Below are positions 49,152 to 58,932 of a stretch of 64,000 nucleotides of DNA, piece after piece. Numbering within the stretch: position 1 is the stretch's first letter; each line of letters starts with the position of its first letter. The translations under genes were made by a program, and so were the position numbers. The notes beneath the pieces were generated by a model, which worked only from the letters and a program-made list of their open reading frames with translations, made no database searches and was not told the origin of the DNA. Origin of the DNA: a virus; the IMG/VR virus record IMGVR_UViG_3300047548_001261, positions 1-64,000 of that record; one strand, given 5' to 3'.

Positions 49152-52100
49152 TCAAAACTTCTCCAGGGCTGCATTAACGGTTTCCAAAGACGGGCGATTA
49201 CCTACTTCGTACTGTTTTCCCCACGACGGCCCAAATGAACAGTCGGCCACCATCGGTATCGCCGCCCCAGGAATATCTTGCTCCATGTCGTCACAAATAT
49301 CCTGCAGGAAAGCGTGCAAAGATTTCTTTGGCACATGGAACAACAACTCGTCATAGATCGCTGCGATTAACCGGGCACCATGTTTCTTCAAAGTACCCCT
49401 CTTGTGCATGGTTGCGAACACAACCTTTAAAAGGTCGGCGGCAGTGCCTTGCATCATGAAGTTTGAGAGCTGGCGCTCCATCCGGCTAATCTCGCTACGA
49501 GAACCTTGTGACAACTTACGACCACAATGTCTGCGGCTTCCAAAGGCTGTCTTGACGTAGCCATCGATCCGAGCTTGCTTGTAAAGAGCGTTCTTCCATT
49601 TTTGAATGCCTGGATAGGTTTCATCCATTGCCTTCAAAATCAGTTCAGCGTCTTCCAAATTAATCATCAATTGCATGGAAGTTTTCTGCGCACCGATGGT
49701 GTTAGCCACACCGAAGTTCGCAGTCTTGCCATAAGCCCTACAAGTCTTGATGAACTTTCCTAAAGGTGTGTCATCATCTTGATGCGCCTTGAACCAGTTG
49801 TACTCAGCACGTTTCGGCCCATCCAAAGTAAGCTCTGCAATTTCCATACCCAATCGTTGACAGAATAAAACAGTCAAGCCAGTACCAGTAAGGGCGTGCA
49901 AGTCCAGCGGATCGCCGTCCGCAGGGTATGCAGACATCAGCACGGGGTCTTTACACTCATTGGCCAAGATTCGTAACTCTTGTGAGGCAAAGTCCACTGA
50001 ACAGATGACATGGTCCTCATCATCAGGGATGTATACCTTTCGGACATCTCCCTTGCTTACCTGCAGCGTGTTAGGGTTAGACCCCGTCGGTCTCCTTGTG
50101 ATAGTCCCACAAGAGTTAAACCCTGGATGGATTTTGTCGTTATCATCCATCCACAAGGGATACGGTTTCCAATAGTTAGACAACCTTGTATTCGCGTCCC
50201 GGTAATCAAGCAAGTCCTTCAATACTTGCGCTTTCCAAGGGTGTTCTTCACAATCGTTGGCGATGGCAAACTGCATTGCCGACTCGTCAGTAGACGGGGA
50301 GCCCTCGAAACCGTTCTTATACCGTAAAGATTTTTTATCGGGTTCGGTGCGCACACGGATCGGCAACTCCAGCAATAAATAAAGAAGCGCTTGCATCTGT
50401 TGTGGTGACCCGAAGTTTAACTCTGTGCCTTCCATAACCGAGGGGGTATTGGCTTCGATTACCCCGTTACAAAAGTCTTCCAGAGCTTGGTAAGTGTCAC
50501 CGGCCCTTGCTTTCATTTCTGCAGCTGGCACAGGTGCCAAAATCTTTGCCAACTCAGACGGGTTGTCCTCCACCCAATTGGAGATATTTACCTTTGACAG
50601 AGTCGCTATCGGTCCCAAACCCAAAAGCGCTGCCACATCGTTAAACATTTTCGGTGTAGGTATGAACGGCTTGAAGTGTTTTACATCCTTTGGCTCCTGG
50701 TAAAAACTGAGCTGCAAGAAGTTAGACTTGAACTTGCTTAAGGCAGACTTCACGGCAGATTGGACAGCTTCGCTACTCGTGTCCGACATCTTTTTAACGT
50801 GCTCATTCTTGGCCTTAAACGCAATGTAATCCCGTTGATCGTCCAAGAGAGCTTCTACGGCGTCAAGCCTGGGCTCGGTGCAGTGTTCGTTAAGCGTGGC
50901 ACGGACAGCTGCCATCTTTGCCTTGGTTGTCTCTTCGTCCTTTGCCTTTTGCTTTTCCATTTCGACACGGTCGATTTTGACTCCGTCGATGTGGGCATAC
51001 ATTAGCGGTGCGGTAGCCGCACACTCGTATTGGCTGACAAAATCGTAAGTCTCTTCAAGTTGGGAGAGAATCGCAAAGTACTGGAACAAATGCCCGGTTA
51101 CAAGAGAGTCGTCACAACCGTAGTTGAGGACCTGCTCGCCGGTTATGTCAGCCATTACTGACACGGATGCGTCGGCAATGGCGGCTTCCTGGCTAGGGTT
51201 AAGTCGAGCGTAAAGGGTTTTCAGTACCGAGTTAACCGCAGAGTAGCTTTCCTGTTTAGACAGGGTTTTTAAGGGCTTGCTAACATCGCCGCCTGCAAAT
51301 AGGGGTGGGAGAATGCTTTCTAACTGTCTTGGCAAAGTTCCTTTTAGTTTTAGTGGTCGGAGAAAATCGTTAACCCACAGTTGTATAGGGGTAAACTCTC
51401 CCATAGGGAAAGACAACTTGGTTCCGAACTTTCCATACTCTTCATTAATGAACGCAATCCAATCTTCACCGCCTATGATACCGTCATAGTAATTATGAAA
51501 CTTCTCCTCTAAGTCTTCCCTAAACTCCTCAACCCAGGCGAGCTTCTTTTCATCCTCAGAAACAAGGATAGTGAACTCTATGCTTTTACCCGCCCTTAAC
51601 AACCCCAGCAAATTTTCCTGCTCTGCGCCGGCCAAAGTATCCGTATAAGAGGCCTGAGAGTAATTCAAATAGCTTTTTGACAAAGCCTTCAGGCCATTTT
51701 CGGTGTTCTCGTCGATGTGGTGGGCAAACAACTTAGTGTCGAACCAGGATTTCAACTCGTGCCCGAAAACATTTCTTGTAATGGTAGCCTCAAAATTTAC
51801 GTTTTGAGCGCACATGGGTTTATCCCTACGCTCAATATCCAAAATCATGGATAACACTTCGTCCTGAGAAACGTTATCAGTACCCTTGTGGTCAACAGAG
51901 AAATAGAACACATGGTTCAAGTTGGCCCCGAAAGCAAAAGAGCACCCCGTAACCGAGGAGTCCAACATCGACACAAAATCCCTGCCATTGCACGCGGCAA
52001 CGTAATTAGGGTTCTTGACCTTATCCGTCGACTCATAATCCCAGGGAACAATCGGTGTCTCAGGCAATAACTTGGCGATCTCAGCTAAACTCGTTTCCAG

Positions 52101-53057
52101 ATTCCCTTGTGTAACCAAAGTCGCCCGGTAGCAAAAACCCTCGTACTTGCCAACTAAATCCAGGCATCCCGCCTCAGACAAAACCGATGTAAGCCTCTCT
52201 ATTGTCGGCGCCCGCTTTACCCACTCCAAGGGGTTTTTCGGTGTCACACAGATTTCCGGCGCCAGTTTGGCGACCTTGTACATCAGGTTCCAGGTTGAGT
52301 ACTCGTCGACACATTTGATGAATGGCTTGATTGCGTTATGTTTTACGGCTTCTTTCAGCGCTTTCAGATCGCTGTTGGCGATCATGCCGTCGATCTGTTC
52401 CATTCCGTCAAGGCCAAACGCATCGACCATCTTGGTCCAAGCAGATTCTCCGAGGCCTTTAACACCAATATAACCATCAGACGTGTCGCCGACAATGGAC
52501 TTGAACAGCGTAATCAGATTTGGCGGCACACCCTTCATGCTTGTCGTCAGGGCATTTTGATACATAACAAACGTATCAGGTAGCCCAGCCAACGCGAGGA
52601 TGTCCTGGTCTTTCGTGTAAATAACTTTGTTGCCCTTAAGCCCTTTGGCAAGATAAGCGATGATGTCGTCGGCTTCCTGGTTTGGTAACCGAACCAGAAA
52701 CGCACCTTGTGCAACCAAGAATTTTTTAACAAGCTCAAGACACTTGGCAAGTTGTTCACGCTCAATAGGGTCCTCGGTAGCTTTCTTTTTCTCACGCCCG
52801 GACTTGTACTCGGGCAATAACGATTTGCGGTACACATTGCCGTCGTCTAGGCAGGCAATGATGTTCATTGGGGCATCAACCACCTTCAAGACTTCGTCGT
52901 AGTACATCTTCAAGAAAGTAGTGAAGCCGAAAGTGGCGGTATTAATTTTGGGTTTAACATCGCCCTGGATGGGTTCTGGGGTCATGCTTGCATGAAATGT
53001 GTGGGAGACCACGCCTTTCAGGTCGAGGATCGCCCATTTAAAATCTGGGTCTTTCAT
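49152..53057 (-). CDS. polA: DNA polymerase family A with 5'-3' and 3'-5' exonuclease domains
   Basis: EADD and GDTSDG (5' nuclease), WDYE and YGCDD (3' exonuclease), DFASQELR motif A, KTANFG motif B, YDEL motif C. Confidence 0.92.
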   Translation of the reverse strand: MKDPDFKWAILDLKGVVSHTFHASMTPEPIQGDVKPKINTATFGFTTFLKMYYDEVLKVVDAPMNIIACLDDGNVYRKSLLPEYKSGREKKKATEDPIEREQLAKCLELVKKFLVAQGAFLVRLPNQEADDIIAYLAKGLKGNKVIYTKDQDILALAGLPDTFVMYQNALTTSMKGVPPNLITLFKSIVGDTSDGYIGVKGLGESAWTKMVDAFGLDGMEQIDGMIANSDLKALKEAVKHNAIKPFIKCVDEYSTWNLMYKVAKLAPEICVTPKNPLEWVKRAPTIERLTSVLSEAGCLDLVGKYEGFCYRATLVTQGNLETSLAEIAKLLPETPIVPWDYESTDKVKNPNYVAACNGRDFVSMLDSSVTGCSFAFGANLNHVFYFSVDHKGTDNVSQDEVLSMILDIERRDKPMCAQNVNFEATITRNVFGHELKSWFDTKLFAHHIDENTENGLKALSKSYLNYSQASYTDTLAGAEQENLLGLLRAGKSIEFTILVSEDEKKLAWVEEFREDLEEKFHNYYDGIIGGEDWIAFINEEYGKFGTKLSFPMGEFTPIQLWVNDFLRPLKLKGTLPRQLESILPPLFAGGDVSKPLKTLSKQESYSAVNSVLKTLYARLNPSQEAAIADASVSVMADITGEQVLNYGCDDSLVTGHLFQYFAILSQLEETYDFVSQYECAATAPLMYAHIDGVKIDRVEMEKQKAKDEETTKAKMAAVRATLNEHCTEPRLDAVEALLDDQRDYIAFKAKNEHVKKMSDTSSEAVQSAVKSALSKFKSNFLQLSFYQEPKDVKHFKPFIPTPKMFNDVAALLGLGPIATLSKVNISNWVEDNPSELAKILAPVPAAEMKARAGDTYQALEDFCNGVIEANTPSVMEGTELNFGSPQQMQALLYLLLELPIRVRTEPDKKSLRYKNGFEGSPSTDESAMQFAIANDCEEHPWKAQVLKDLLDYRDANTRLSNYWKPYPLWMDDNDKIHPGFNSCGTITRRPTGSNPNTLQVSKGDVRKVYIPDDEDHVICSVDFASQELRILANECKDPVLMSAYPADGDPLDLHALTGTGLTVLFCQRLGMEIAELTLDGPKRAEYNWFKAHQDDDTPLGKFIKTCRAYGKTANFGVANTIGAQKTSMQLMINLEDAELILKAMDETYPGIQKWKNALYKQARIDGYVKTAFGSRRHCGRKLSQGSRSEISRMERQLSNFMMQGTAADLLKVVFATMHKRGTLKKHGARLIAAIYDELLFHVPKKSLHAFLQDICDDMEQDIPGAAIPMVADCSFGPSWGKQYEVGNRPSLETVNAALEKF

Positions 53058-53090
53058 AATTTTCCTTTTATACCTACTTAGTTAGATTAA

Positions 53091-53121
53091 AAATTTGGGG
53101 CGAGAGTGTCGCCCCAAATTT
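53091..53121 (-). terminator. hairpin terminator
   Basis: AAATTTGGGGCGA...TCGCCCCAAATTT. Confidence 0.7.
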
Positions 53122-53123
53122 AT

Positions 53124-53981
53124 TTATGGGAGGAGGAAAAGCTTTTTGAAAAAGTCGGTGAATTTGTCGACAATATTTTCCAAGTGACAAAGAGGTTCTT
53201 TGTAAACCGCAGTACCTGTTGTCAACGCGGCAAAGGAGTATGGGAATAATCCCTCAACAATGTCTGCTAACTCACTGGCAAAGTATTGAGCCTCTTTTTG
53301 TGCATGACCATTAGACCGAAGGCTCAGAACCCTTGTCCAAGCAGACAACGAACCCGTCCAAACCCAAGAAACCATCATACCTTGTGAAAGCCCGAATCTG
53401 GCCAACTCCGGAGCGGTACCTGCTGATATCAGGGCTTTGTACCGGCTTGAGCTAATTTCGTAAGTCTCCTCCAAATACCGGAGCAACGCTTGGTTCTGGT
53501 CGAAAGACTCGTCAGATGACCCTTGTTTAGCGTGGGCCGGTCGACCTCTTAAGCTATCTGGCAGGAAGCAGATAGGGTCGTCGTCAACGTACCGACGACT
53601 TTCTTCAGACCAACCAGGATACCCGCAATCCCCGCCGCTTAGCCCAACGTGAGACCGCCAAAGCTGTCTGGCAATGCTCAAGGGGGCTTCTACCCGTATA
53701 GACAACTGTGGATGAGTGAAAGGGGCAAAGTGAGTTGGTGTGGTTTTGATTTTCCACAAGAGTTCTTGCACTTCTTCAATGGATTCGGCCCACCAAACCT
53801 CGATTGCTAACTCGTACCACTCTTTCTGGGTAAAGCCCCTGGCCAGAAAATTTAACAAGCTGACGTCAGCTTCTGTAATCGGGCCTTTACTTTCTTTGCC
53901 AAATGACGCTCTGGCTGCGTTTACTACTTGCAGGTCTGACCCCATGTGATCGAGGTAGGTGACTTTTATTTGGTTGTTCAT
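53124..53981 (-). CDS. thyX: flavin-dependent thymidylate synthase
   Basis: VVNAARASF, HFAPF, ARQLWRSH, SEESRRY, PELAR, HAQKE. Confidence 0.92.
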   Translation of the reverse strand: MNNQIKVTYLDHMGSDLQVVNAARASFGKESKGPITEADVSLLNFLARGFTQKEWYELAIEVWWAESIEEVQELLWKIKTTPTHFAPFTHPQLSIRVEAPLSIARQLWRSHVGLSGGDCGYPGWSEESRRYVDDDPICFLPDSLRGRPAHAKQGSSDESFDQNQALLRYLEETYEISSSRYKALISAGTAPELARFGLSQGMMVSWVWTGSLSAWTRVLSLRSNGHAQKEAQYFASELADIVEGLFPYSFAALTTGTAVYKEPLCHLENIVDKFTDFFKKLFLLP

Positions 53982-54029
53982 TTGATCCCCTAGTGGACAT
54001 TGGCCTGGGTTTCCCCAGGCCGGTTGAAC

Positions 54030-54716
54030 TTACTTAACGGATGCCATATCCAGCGCGAACTCGAATGGGCAGAAAGCTTTTCTGCCTGCTCCGCGCTCAG
54101 CGCCGACAGAGACATCGGTGACAACTGTACGGGGGTCGATCCGCTTCATTGCCAGCTTGATTAAGTAACCAGAGAAAGCCCCACGAGAAGATGGGGAAAC
54201 CTGGATTTGGCAGACGTCACCTTTGTGTGGTCCGTCCAATACTTCAGCGACAACGATATAATACTCACTGCGATCCCAGGGAATGTCGCGGGCCTTCCAG
54301 TCTTCGATATACTCGGAAATAAGCTTGCCCTCTTCGTCGTGAAGGGCGTCGCGGGAATAAACCAGTTCTGGCTCTTTATCCCGCCCCAGGTCGCCTTTAA
54401 ACAGCCATTGAGAGTAGTGGGACAGGTAAACCATTTTAAACTTGTCACCGAAGCCTTTATTGGCCGCCGTAGAGAAGATTTCGTTGTTGAGCGTGATCAT
54501 CGGGAAGCTAGTCCAATCGATCTGGACATCATTGATGCCTAGCTCTTTCAGGAAGGCCGTAGGGTCGCCGGGTTTGACGGTTGCTTGTGCAGACATAGCG
54601 ACTTCGGTTTTGTCTTGTGCAGACATAGCGACTTCGGTTTTGGCTTGCGTCTCTTCCTCTGCCACCAAATCCATAACGCCAGTTTCTACTTGTGAACCAT
54701 TTGTATTTAAAGCCAT
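54030..54716 (-). CDS. putative ssDNA-binding protein
   Basis: Position in the replication cluster; acidic; 30-bp duplication (KTEVAMSAQ x2). Confidence 0.45.
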   Translation of the reverse strand: MALNTNGSQVETGVMDLVAEEETQAKTEVAMSAQDKTEVAMSAQATVKPGDPTAFLKELGINDVQIDWTSFPMITLNNEIFSTAANKGFGDKFKMVYLSHYSQWLFKGDLGRDKEPELVYSRDALHDEEGKLISEYIEDWKARDIPWDRSEYYIVVAEVLDGPHKGDVCQIQVSPSSRGAFSGYLIKLAMKRIDPRTVVTDVSVGAERGAGRKAFCPFEFALDMASVK

Positions 54717-54764
54717 GATATTTACCTCGATTGTGATTGTGATTGTGATTTTTGGAACTTACGT

Positions 54765-54804
54765 TTCAATCCGCTCCCGGCGGTTGGGACGGGAGCGGAT
54801 TGAA
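54765..54804 (-). promoter_or_regulatory. 15-bp perfect inverted repeat after the HU gene
   Basis: TTCAATCCGCTCCCG...CGGGAGCGGATTGAA. Confidence 0.6.
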
Positions 54805-55077
54805 CTACAGCAAGGCACCCTTAAACGCCTTGCCCGCTGTAATCTTTGGCACCCGTTTGGCCGGGCTGTGGTAGGGCTTCCCGTTTAGCGGGTTGTTCCC
54901 ACTTCTTTCTGGTTTTGTTACCGAGTCGAACTTGGCGAAACCTGGGATGAGGACTTCGCCGCCATTTTTAACTTCCTCCTGGATTGCATCGATAAACAAC
55001 CCCAGCGCGTTACCAAGGGCCCTACTTGTCAGTGGCGATTTCTCAGCCACCTTTGCTATCAACTCTGTTCTATTCAT
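54805..55077 (-). CDS. HU/IHF-family DNA-binding protein
   Basis: MNRTELIAKVA, GFAKF, RSGNNPLNG, PAKRVPK. Confidence 0.9.
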   Translation of the reverse strand: MNRTELIAKVAEKSPLTSRALGNALGLFIDAIQEEVKNGGEVLIPGFAKFDSVTKPERSGNNPLNGKPYHSPAKRVPKITAGKAFKGALL

Positions 55078-55264
55078 TTTCACCTACCTTAGTTACGGCG
55101 GACCACCCGCCTTGTTTATACCGTTGCACTTGTGTAACGACCATTGCTGCAAAGATTTCGCTGATCGAGCGTTGTTCTGCCCCAGCGATCTCTTTAACTT
55201 CTTCATATACAAGCGGGTCACATCGAAACCCCGCCTGAATCTTGCTTACTTTATCCTCGGCCAT
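55070..55264 (-). CDS. ribbon-helix-helix (Arc/CopG-like) regulator
   Basis: AGFRCDPLVYEEVKEIAGAEQRSISE. Confidence 0.75.
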   Translation of the reverse strand: MAEDKVSKIQAGFRCDPLVYEEVKEIAGAEQRSISEIFAAMVVTQVQRYKQGGWSAVTKVGENE

Positions 55265-55292
55265 GACGCCCTCTTAATTGTTAATTTATTAT

Positions 55293-55327
55293 GATGTATT
55301 ATACATCGCTTTATGGTGCTGGGTCAA
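55293..55327 (-). promoter_or_regulatory. sigma70-like promoter with overlapping palindromic operator
   Basis: Minus strand TTGACC-18nt-TATAAT within GATGTATAATACATC. Confidence 0.7.
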
Positions 55328-55545
55328 CTCGTTGGCACAAACTCCTTAGTAGTTAAAGTTTTCAAATACGCCACATCTTTTCGAGGCAAAGTTGACGAGG
55401 AAAGATCAAGCATTTCCTGCGGGGACAGGCACTGCCCACTGTAGTAAGGGATTTTGGTTTCCAGTTTGGCGCACCAACATTTACGGTCAACGGTGCATCG
55501 TACCGTAGGCTTCAGTTTGTTTAAAAGGATTTGCCGGTCTTCCAT
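55324..55545 (-). CDS. small Cys-containing hypothetical protein
   Basis: ORF. Confidence 0.5.
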   Translation of the reverse strand: MEDRQILLNKLKPTVRCTVDRKCWCAKLETKIPYYSGQCLSPQEMLDLSSSTLPRKDVAYLKTLTTKEFVPTS

Positions 55546-55778
55546 CAAACCTCCCAAGGCAAACCTTTATTTGCCCGGACAGCTTGCACAGTATCTTGCA
55601 AAATGGTTTCAATACTCAAAGGCCATTTACCTGCCATTTTCTGCGCAGCCTTTATCACGTCGTCAGGCTTCAAGTCGTCTCTGGCTTCGCAAACCTGCAC
55701 AGCCAGTTCTTGAAATCTCTTTGCCAAATCATTAACCCTATGGTCAATCGTCTTGCGTTGAAACAATTTCAGGTACAT
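55545..55778 (-). CDS. hypothetical protein
   Basis: ORF. Confidence 0.5.
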   Translation of the reverse strand: MYLKLFQRKTIDHRVNDLAKRFQELAVQVCEARDDLKPDDVIKAAQKMAGKWPLSIETILQDTVQAVRANKGLPWEV

Positions 55779-57186
55779 TGGAAAATATCTCCGTAGTTAA
55801 GTTATCCACAAAGGACGAGTTGTCCTTCATTATTTGTTTCAATTCTTTTGCTCTTGCCATAGCTTTCCCAAATAGGCGGGTACTTGATGTAAACGCAAAG
55901 CGGAATACCCATGCCACTACAGGGTGCTTCTGCCCTTGCCTTTGTACACGCCCTAAAGCTTGCTCAAAATCCCCTGGTGAGCCTGTGGGCTCGTAGAAAA
56001 TCATGTGGTGACAATTTTCCTGTAGATTAAAGCCCGCCCCGCCCGACCTGTAGTTCATGATCGCCATTGTGCAAGTATCGTCGTTCAAGAACTTGTCTAC
56101 GTTAGCCGGCACGTTGCTGCCTCCGTAAACTAAGGCAGGATTTCTGCCTTTGAATATTTGTGCAAGACTCTCTACGGTCTTCCGGTAATGGCAGAAAATA
56201 ACCACCTTACCTTCAATAGACCCGACGATCTGCTTCAGGTTATCTAAGGGTTCATTATCGATTTTTTCAAGAGTAAATGCCCCGATGTTGGTCACCAATT
56301 GCAGAGCCATCTGTCGCAAGGATTGCTGATTCCTTGCGACAATCAATTCCTCCCCGTATTCCAACATCCTTTCTAACAAAAGTTGCTGATACAGGTTCTG
56401 GTGGGCGTCATCCAGCAAGACATGGTGATCGATTATCGTGGGCGCTTCCAAGGATAATACATCTTCTTGCCGTCGGCGTACCGCTCTGTAATTCAGATTC
56501 TCACTTAGCAAATCAAGTTGTTTATACCCGGCAATCTGATCCTTCATGAACGGAATGTAGTCAACATGAATCCGGTCGAATTGCGCAAGGTCAACGTAGG
56601 CTTCTCGCTTTTTCAATCGGATGTGCCCATAAGCCGACCTCAGCTCTGTGGGGCAAGGCGTGGCTGTCATAGATAGTAAGTCCATGTCCTGCATGTAGAC
56701 CGCCCTATACATCTCTTGGAAAGCTTGGGAGCTAGCATTTGCCATCATGTGGGACTCGTCGGCGACGATCGATTTGTAGCGCCCGTGTTTCCTTATTTCC
56801 GCGCCGTGCTTCACAAATAGTTGGTAGGACATCATTAACACGTCTGCCCAAACTCCCCCTAACATCAACGCCTTACGCTTGGCAGGGTCTTTATCAAGTC
56901 TTGCACAAGTAAACTCGTGCCCAACAATTTGCTGCTCAAAATTCATCATATACTGAGTCAGCAAAGGAGGGGGCATGACGACTATAACCTTCTTGCCGGA
57001 GTAGAGTTTATCCATGATCCAAAGATAAGAGATTAGGGATTTACCTGTTCCAACATCCGAGAAATTATTCGACCGGCGCCAGTCCAGGTGCTTCTGTAAA
57101 TCCTCCCGTTGATAGGGTTTGGGTGTTAGGGTAACTTCCACCTCGTCGGGAATTTTAGGGTTAGATAGGATTTGATTAAGTCTCAT
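55744..57186 (-). CDS. SNF2-like SF2 helicase
   Basis: PYQ, DVGTGKS, DESH, TATP, GFNLQ, QALGRVQRQGQ. Confidence 0.9.
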   Translation of the reverse strand: MRLNQILSNPKIPDEVEVTLTPKPYQREDLQKHLDWRRSNNFSDVGTGKSLISYLWIMDKLYSGKKVIVVMPPPLLTQYMMNFEQQIVGHEFTCARLDKDPAKRKALMLGGVWADVLMMSYQLFVKHGAEIRKHGRYKSIVADESHMMANASSQAFQEMYRAVYMQDMDLLSMTATPCPTELRSAYGHIRLKKREAYVDLAQFDRIHVDYIPFMKDQIAGYKQLDLLSENLNYRAVRRRQEDVLSLEAPTIIDHHVLLDDAHQNLYQQLLLERMLEYGEELIVARNQQSLRQMALQLVTNIGAFTLEKIDNEPLDNLKQIVGSIEGKVVIFCHYRKTVESLAQIFKGRNPALVYGGSNVPANVDKFLNDDTCTMAIMNYRSGGAGFNLQENCHHMIFYEPTGSPGDFEQALGRVQRQGQKHPVVAWVFRFAFTSSTRLFGKAMARAKELKQIMKDNSSFVDNLTTEIFSNVPEIVSTQDD

Positions 57187-58382
57187 ACATTCATAAATGC
57201 TTTAATAAATTGCGCGGCCACTTGTGGGACTATGGCGTTGCCGTAACCCTTCAATCTCATAACCCGCGCTTCTTGCGTGTTTTCACAGTCAATTTCAAGT
57301 GCTTCTGTGTTTCTATCGTTGCTTGGCACCACTCGACGGGGAACCCCATCAACCAGCGGCTTAACGCCGGGTTTAATTGGCCTCCATTTGTCATCCCTGC
57401 AATAGAGCCATTCTGGATTAGTCCATTCTGTATTAATCCATTCGGATACAAGTGCGGGTGTACCTGCTCCCTTAAGTTCGCTGGAGATGTTCGCCCTGGC
57501 CTCTCTGCTGTAAATTGCCGACGCATCGCTTCCTGACCCCTCGCTGGGAGGTCGTCCATTGTGTTCGGTGTTGCCCATCCTGCTAATGTCGCCTGTTGGC
57601 TCAATGGAATCCCGGTATCCTGTGACCTCGGTAAACTCCCGCCCCTGCTGTGATCCTGCGCCATTGGGGTACACCGCCCCACTACATGAGCCACCCCCTC
57701 TAAATTGATCCCGTGATTCCCTGCCATTACTTGTGGCGAGTTGTGATTCGCCCCTCCCGTACCCGTTTTCGGTGTTGGATACCCTGCCAACTGTGCCGCT
57801 ACATCCAACGTATCCCTTGACAGCTTCCCGTTCCGTATCCTGCCACCCTGATAGCCGCCCCTGTGATCCCTTGTTGTTGCTGTCGGCCACCCAGTAAAGC
57901 CTTTGTCTGATATGGGGTGCGCCCGCGCCTGCTGCTGTAAGTACAATCGACCCGACGGCGTAGTTTTCCCGCTCCATTTCAAAGCATAAATCATCGAGCC
58001 AGCCGTGTTTGATGGCGGCAGGAACTTGTTCTCCAAAAATTGTTCTGAAATTGCATTGCTTAACAAGTTCGATAAAGTGCGGCAAGAGGTGTCGTTCATC
58101 GTCTTTTCCTTTCCCTGCTCCGGCAACACTAAAAGGTTGGCAGGGGAGGCTTGCGGTGCAGACTGGCTTATCGTCTGCCCAGCCCGCAAGTCTAAGGGCA
58201 TAAGACCATCCGCCAATGCCGGCAAAGAAGTGGTGCTGGGTGTACCTTCTGATGTCACTTGCCTCAACTTCTGTAATACTTCGCTCATCTACATCCCCGT
58301 CGGCAATCAAGCCGTTTTTAATTAATTGCCTAAGCCACGCTGCGGCTTTAGGGTCGTATTCATTGTAATAAGCGCTCATCAA
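57183..58382 (-). CDS. DNA cytosine-5 methyltransferase, alpha polypeptide
   Basis: FFAGIGG, LPCQPFS, GEQV, PHIRQR, RLKGYGNAIVPQ. Confidence 0.88.
   Translation of the reverse strand: MMSAYYNEYDPKAAAWLRQLIKNGLIADGDVDERSITEVEASDIRRYTQHHFFAGIGGWSYALRLAGWADDKPVCTASLPCQPFSVAGAGKGKDDERHLLPHFIELVKQCNFRTIFGEQVPAAIKHGWLDDLCFEMERENYAVGSIVLTAAGAGAPHIRQRLYWVADSNNKGSQGRLSGWQDTEREAVKGYVGCSGTVGRVSNTENGYGRGESQLATSNGRESRDQFRGGGSCSGAVYPNGAGSQQGREFTEVTGYRDSIEPTGDISRMGNTEHNGRPPSEGSGSDASAIYSREARANISSELKGAGTPALVSEWINTEWTNPEWLYCRDDKWRPIKPGVKPLVDGVPRRVVPSNDRNTEALEIDCENTQEARVMRLKGYGNAIVPQVAAQFIKAFMNV
57257..58288 (-). CDS. overlapping alternative-frame beta polypeptide of the C5 methyltransferase
   Basis: WPTAT/YPTP/WATP TRD-like repeats and motif IX LNPALSRWLMGFP; true start uncertain. 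Confidence 0.7.
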   Translation of the reverse strand: MSEVLQKLRQVTSEGTPSTTSLPALADGLMPLDLRAGQTISQSAPQASPANLLVLPEQGKEKTMNDTSCRTLSNLLSNAISEQFLENKFLPPSNTAGSMIYALKWSGKTTPSGRLYLQQQARAHPISDKGFTGWPTATTRDHRGGYQGGRIRNGKLSRDTLDVAAQLAGYPTPKTGTGGANHNSPQVMAGNHGINLEGVAHVVGRCTPMAQDHSRGGSLPRSQDTGIPLSQQATLAGWATPNTMDDLPARGQEAMRRQFTAERPGRTSPANLREQVHPHLYPNGLIQNGLIQNGSIAGMTNGGQLNPALSRWLMGFPVEWCQATIETQKHLKLTVKTRKKRGL

Positions 58383-58702
58383 TGCAAAACCCCTTTCTCC
58401 GGCCCTTCCATAACTGCCAACCTCGTCTGCACATACTTTAAAAATGCCTTCAATATAGGCTCACTCGGCTGGTCGTCAGCTTGTAAGGTTACCGCAGAAC
58501 ATTTCGGGCACGGGCAAGTTGGTACTAATCTGAACAATTGTGGCTTACCTTCTTCTAGCATACTGAAGGAAAACGCCGGCTGACCGCCAGCTAAACTATC
58601 GGCGATCTGTAACAGAAGGGTGATGTCGGCGACGTCTACCGGCTCTTGAAGCACGCTGGAGAAATGACCTGCTAAAAATTGTTTTTCTATTTTTGGGTTC
58701 AT
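58379..58702 (-). CDS. hypothetical protein
   Basis: ORF coupled to neighbours; CPCPKC. Confidence 0.55.
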   Translation of the reverse strand: MNPKIEKQFLAGHFSSVLQEPVDVADITLLLQIADSLAGGQPAFSFSMLEEGKPQLFRLVPTCPCPKCSAVTLQADDQPSEPILKAFLKYVQTRLAVMEGPEKGVLH

Positions 58703-58932
58703 AGTGTGGCCTTTAGGTATTTTTCAAGTTCTTCCAGAGCTTGCTCCGGGGATTCGAACCCGTTTTTATGTTTGGTAAACGTGGCAACATGGAAGTTAAA
58801 AATTCCCTTCTCCCCGGGCACGGCTATGTACCACACCCAACACTCTTTGTTATTCATCGCACGCTCGATGTAAAAATAAGCGCCAGGTTTTATGTCTTGA
58901 TCAACTCTGTATTTTATAGGTATTAATTTCAT
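58699..58932 (-). CDS. hypothetical protein
   Basis: ORF coupled to neighbours. Confidence 0.55.
   Translation of the reverse strand: MKLIPIKYRVDQDIKPGAYFYIERAMNNKECWVWYIAVPGEKGIFNFHVATFTKHKNGFESPEQALEELEKYLKATL

Noticed and set aside
51165-51625. Intein in PolA
   Set aside because: No Cys/Ser start with His-Asn end, and no LAGLIDADG motifs
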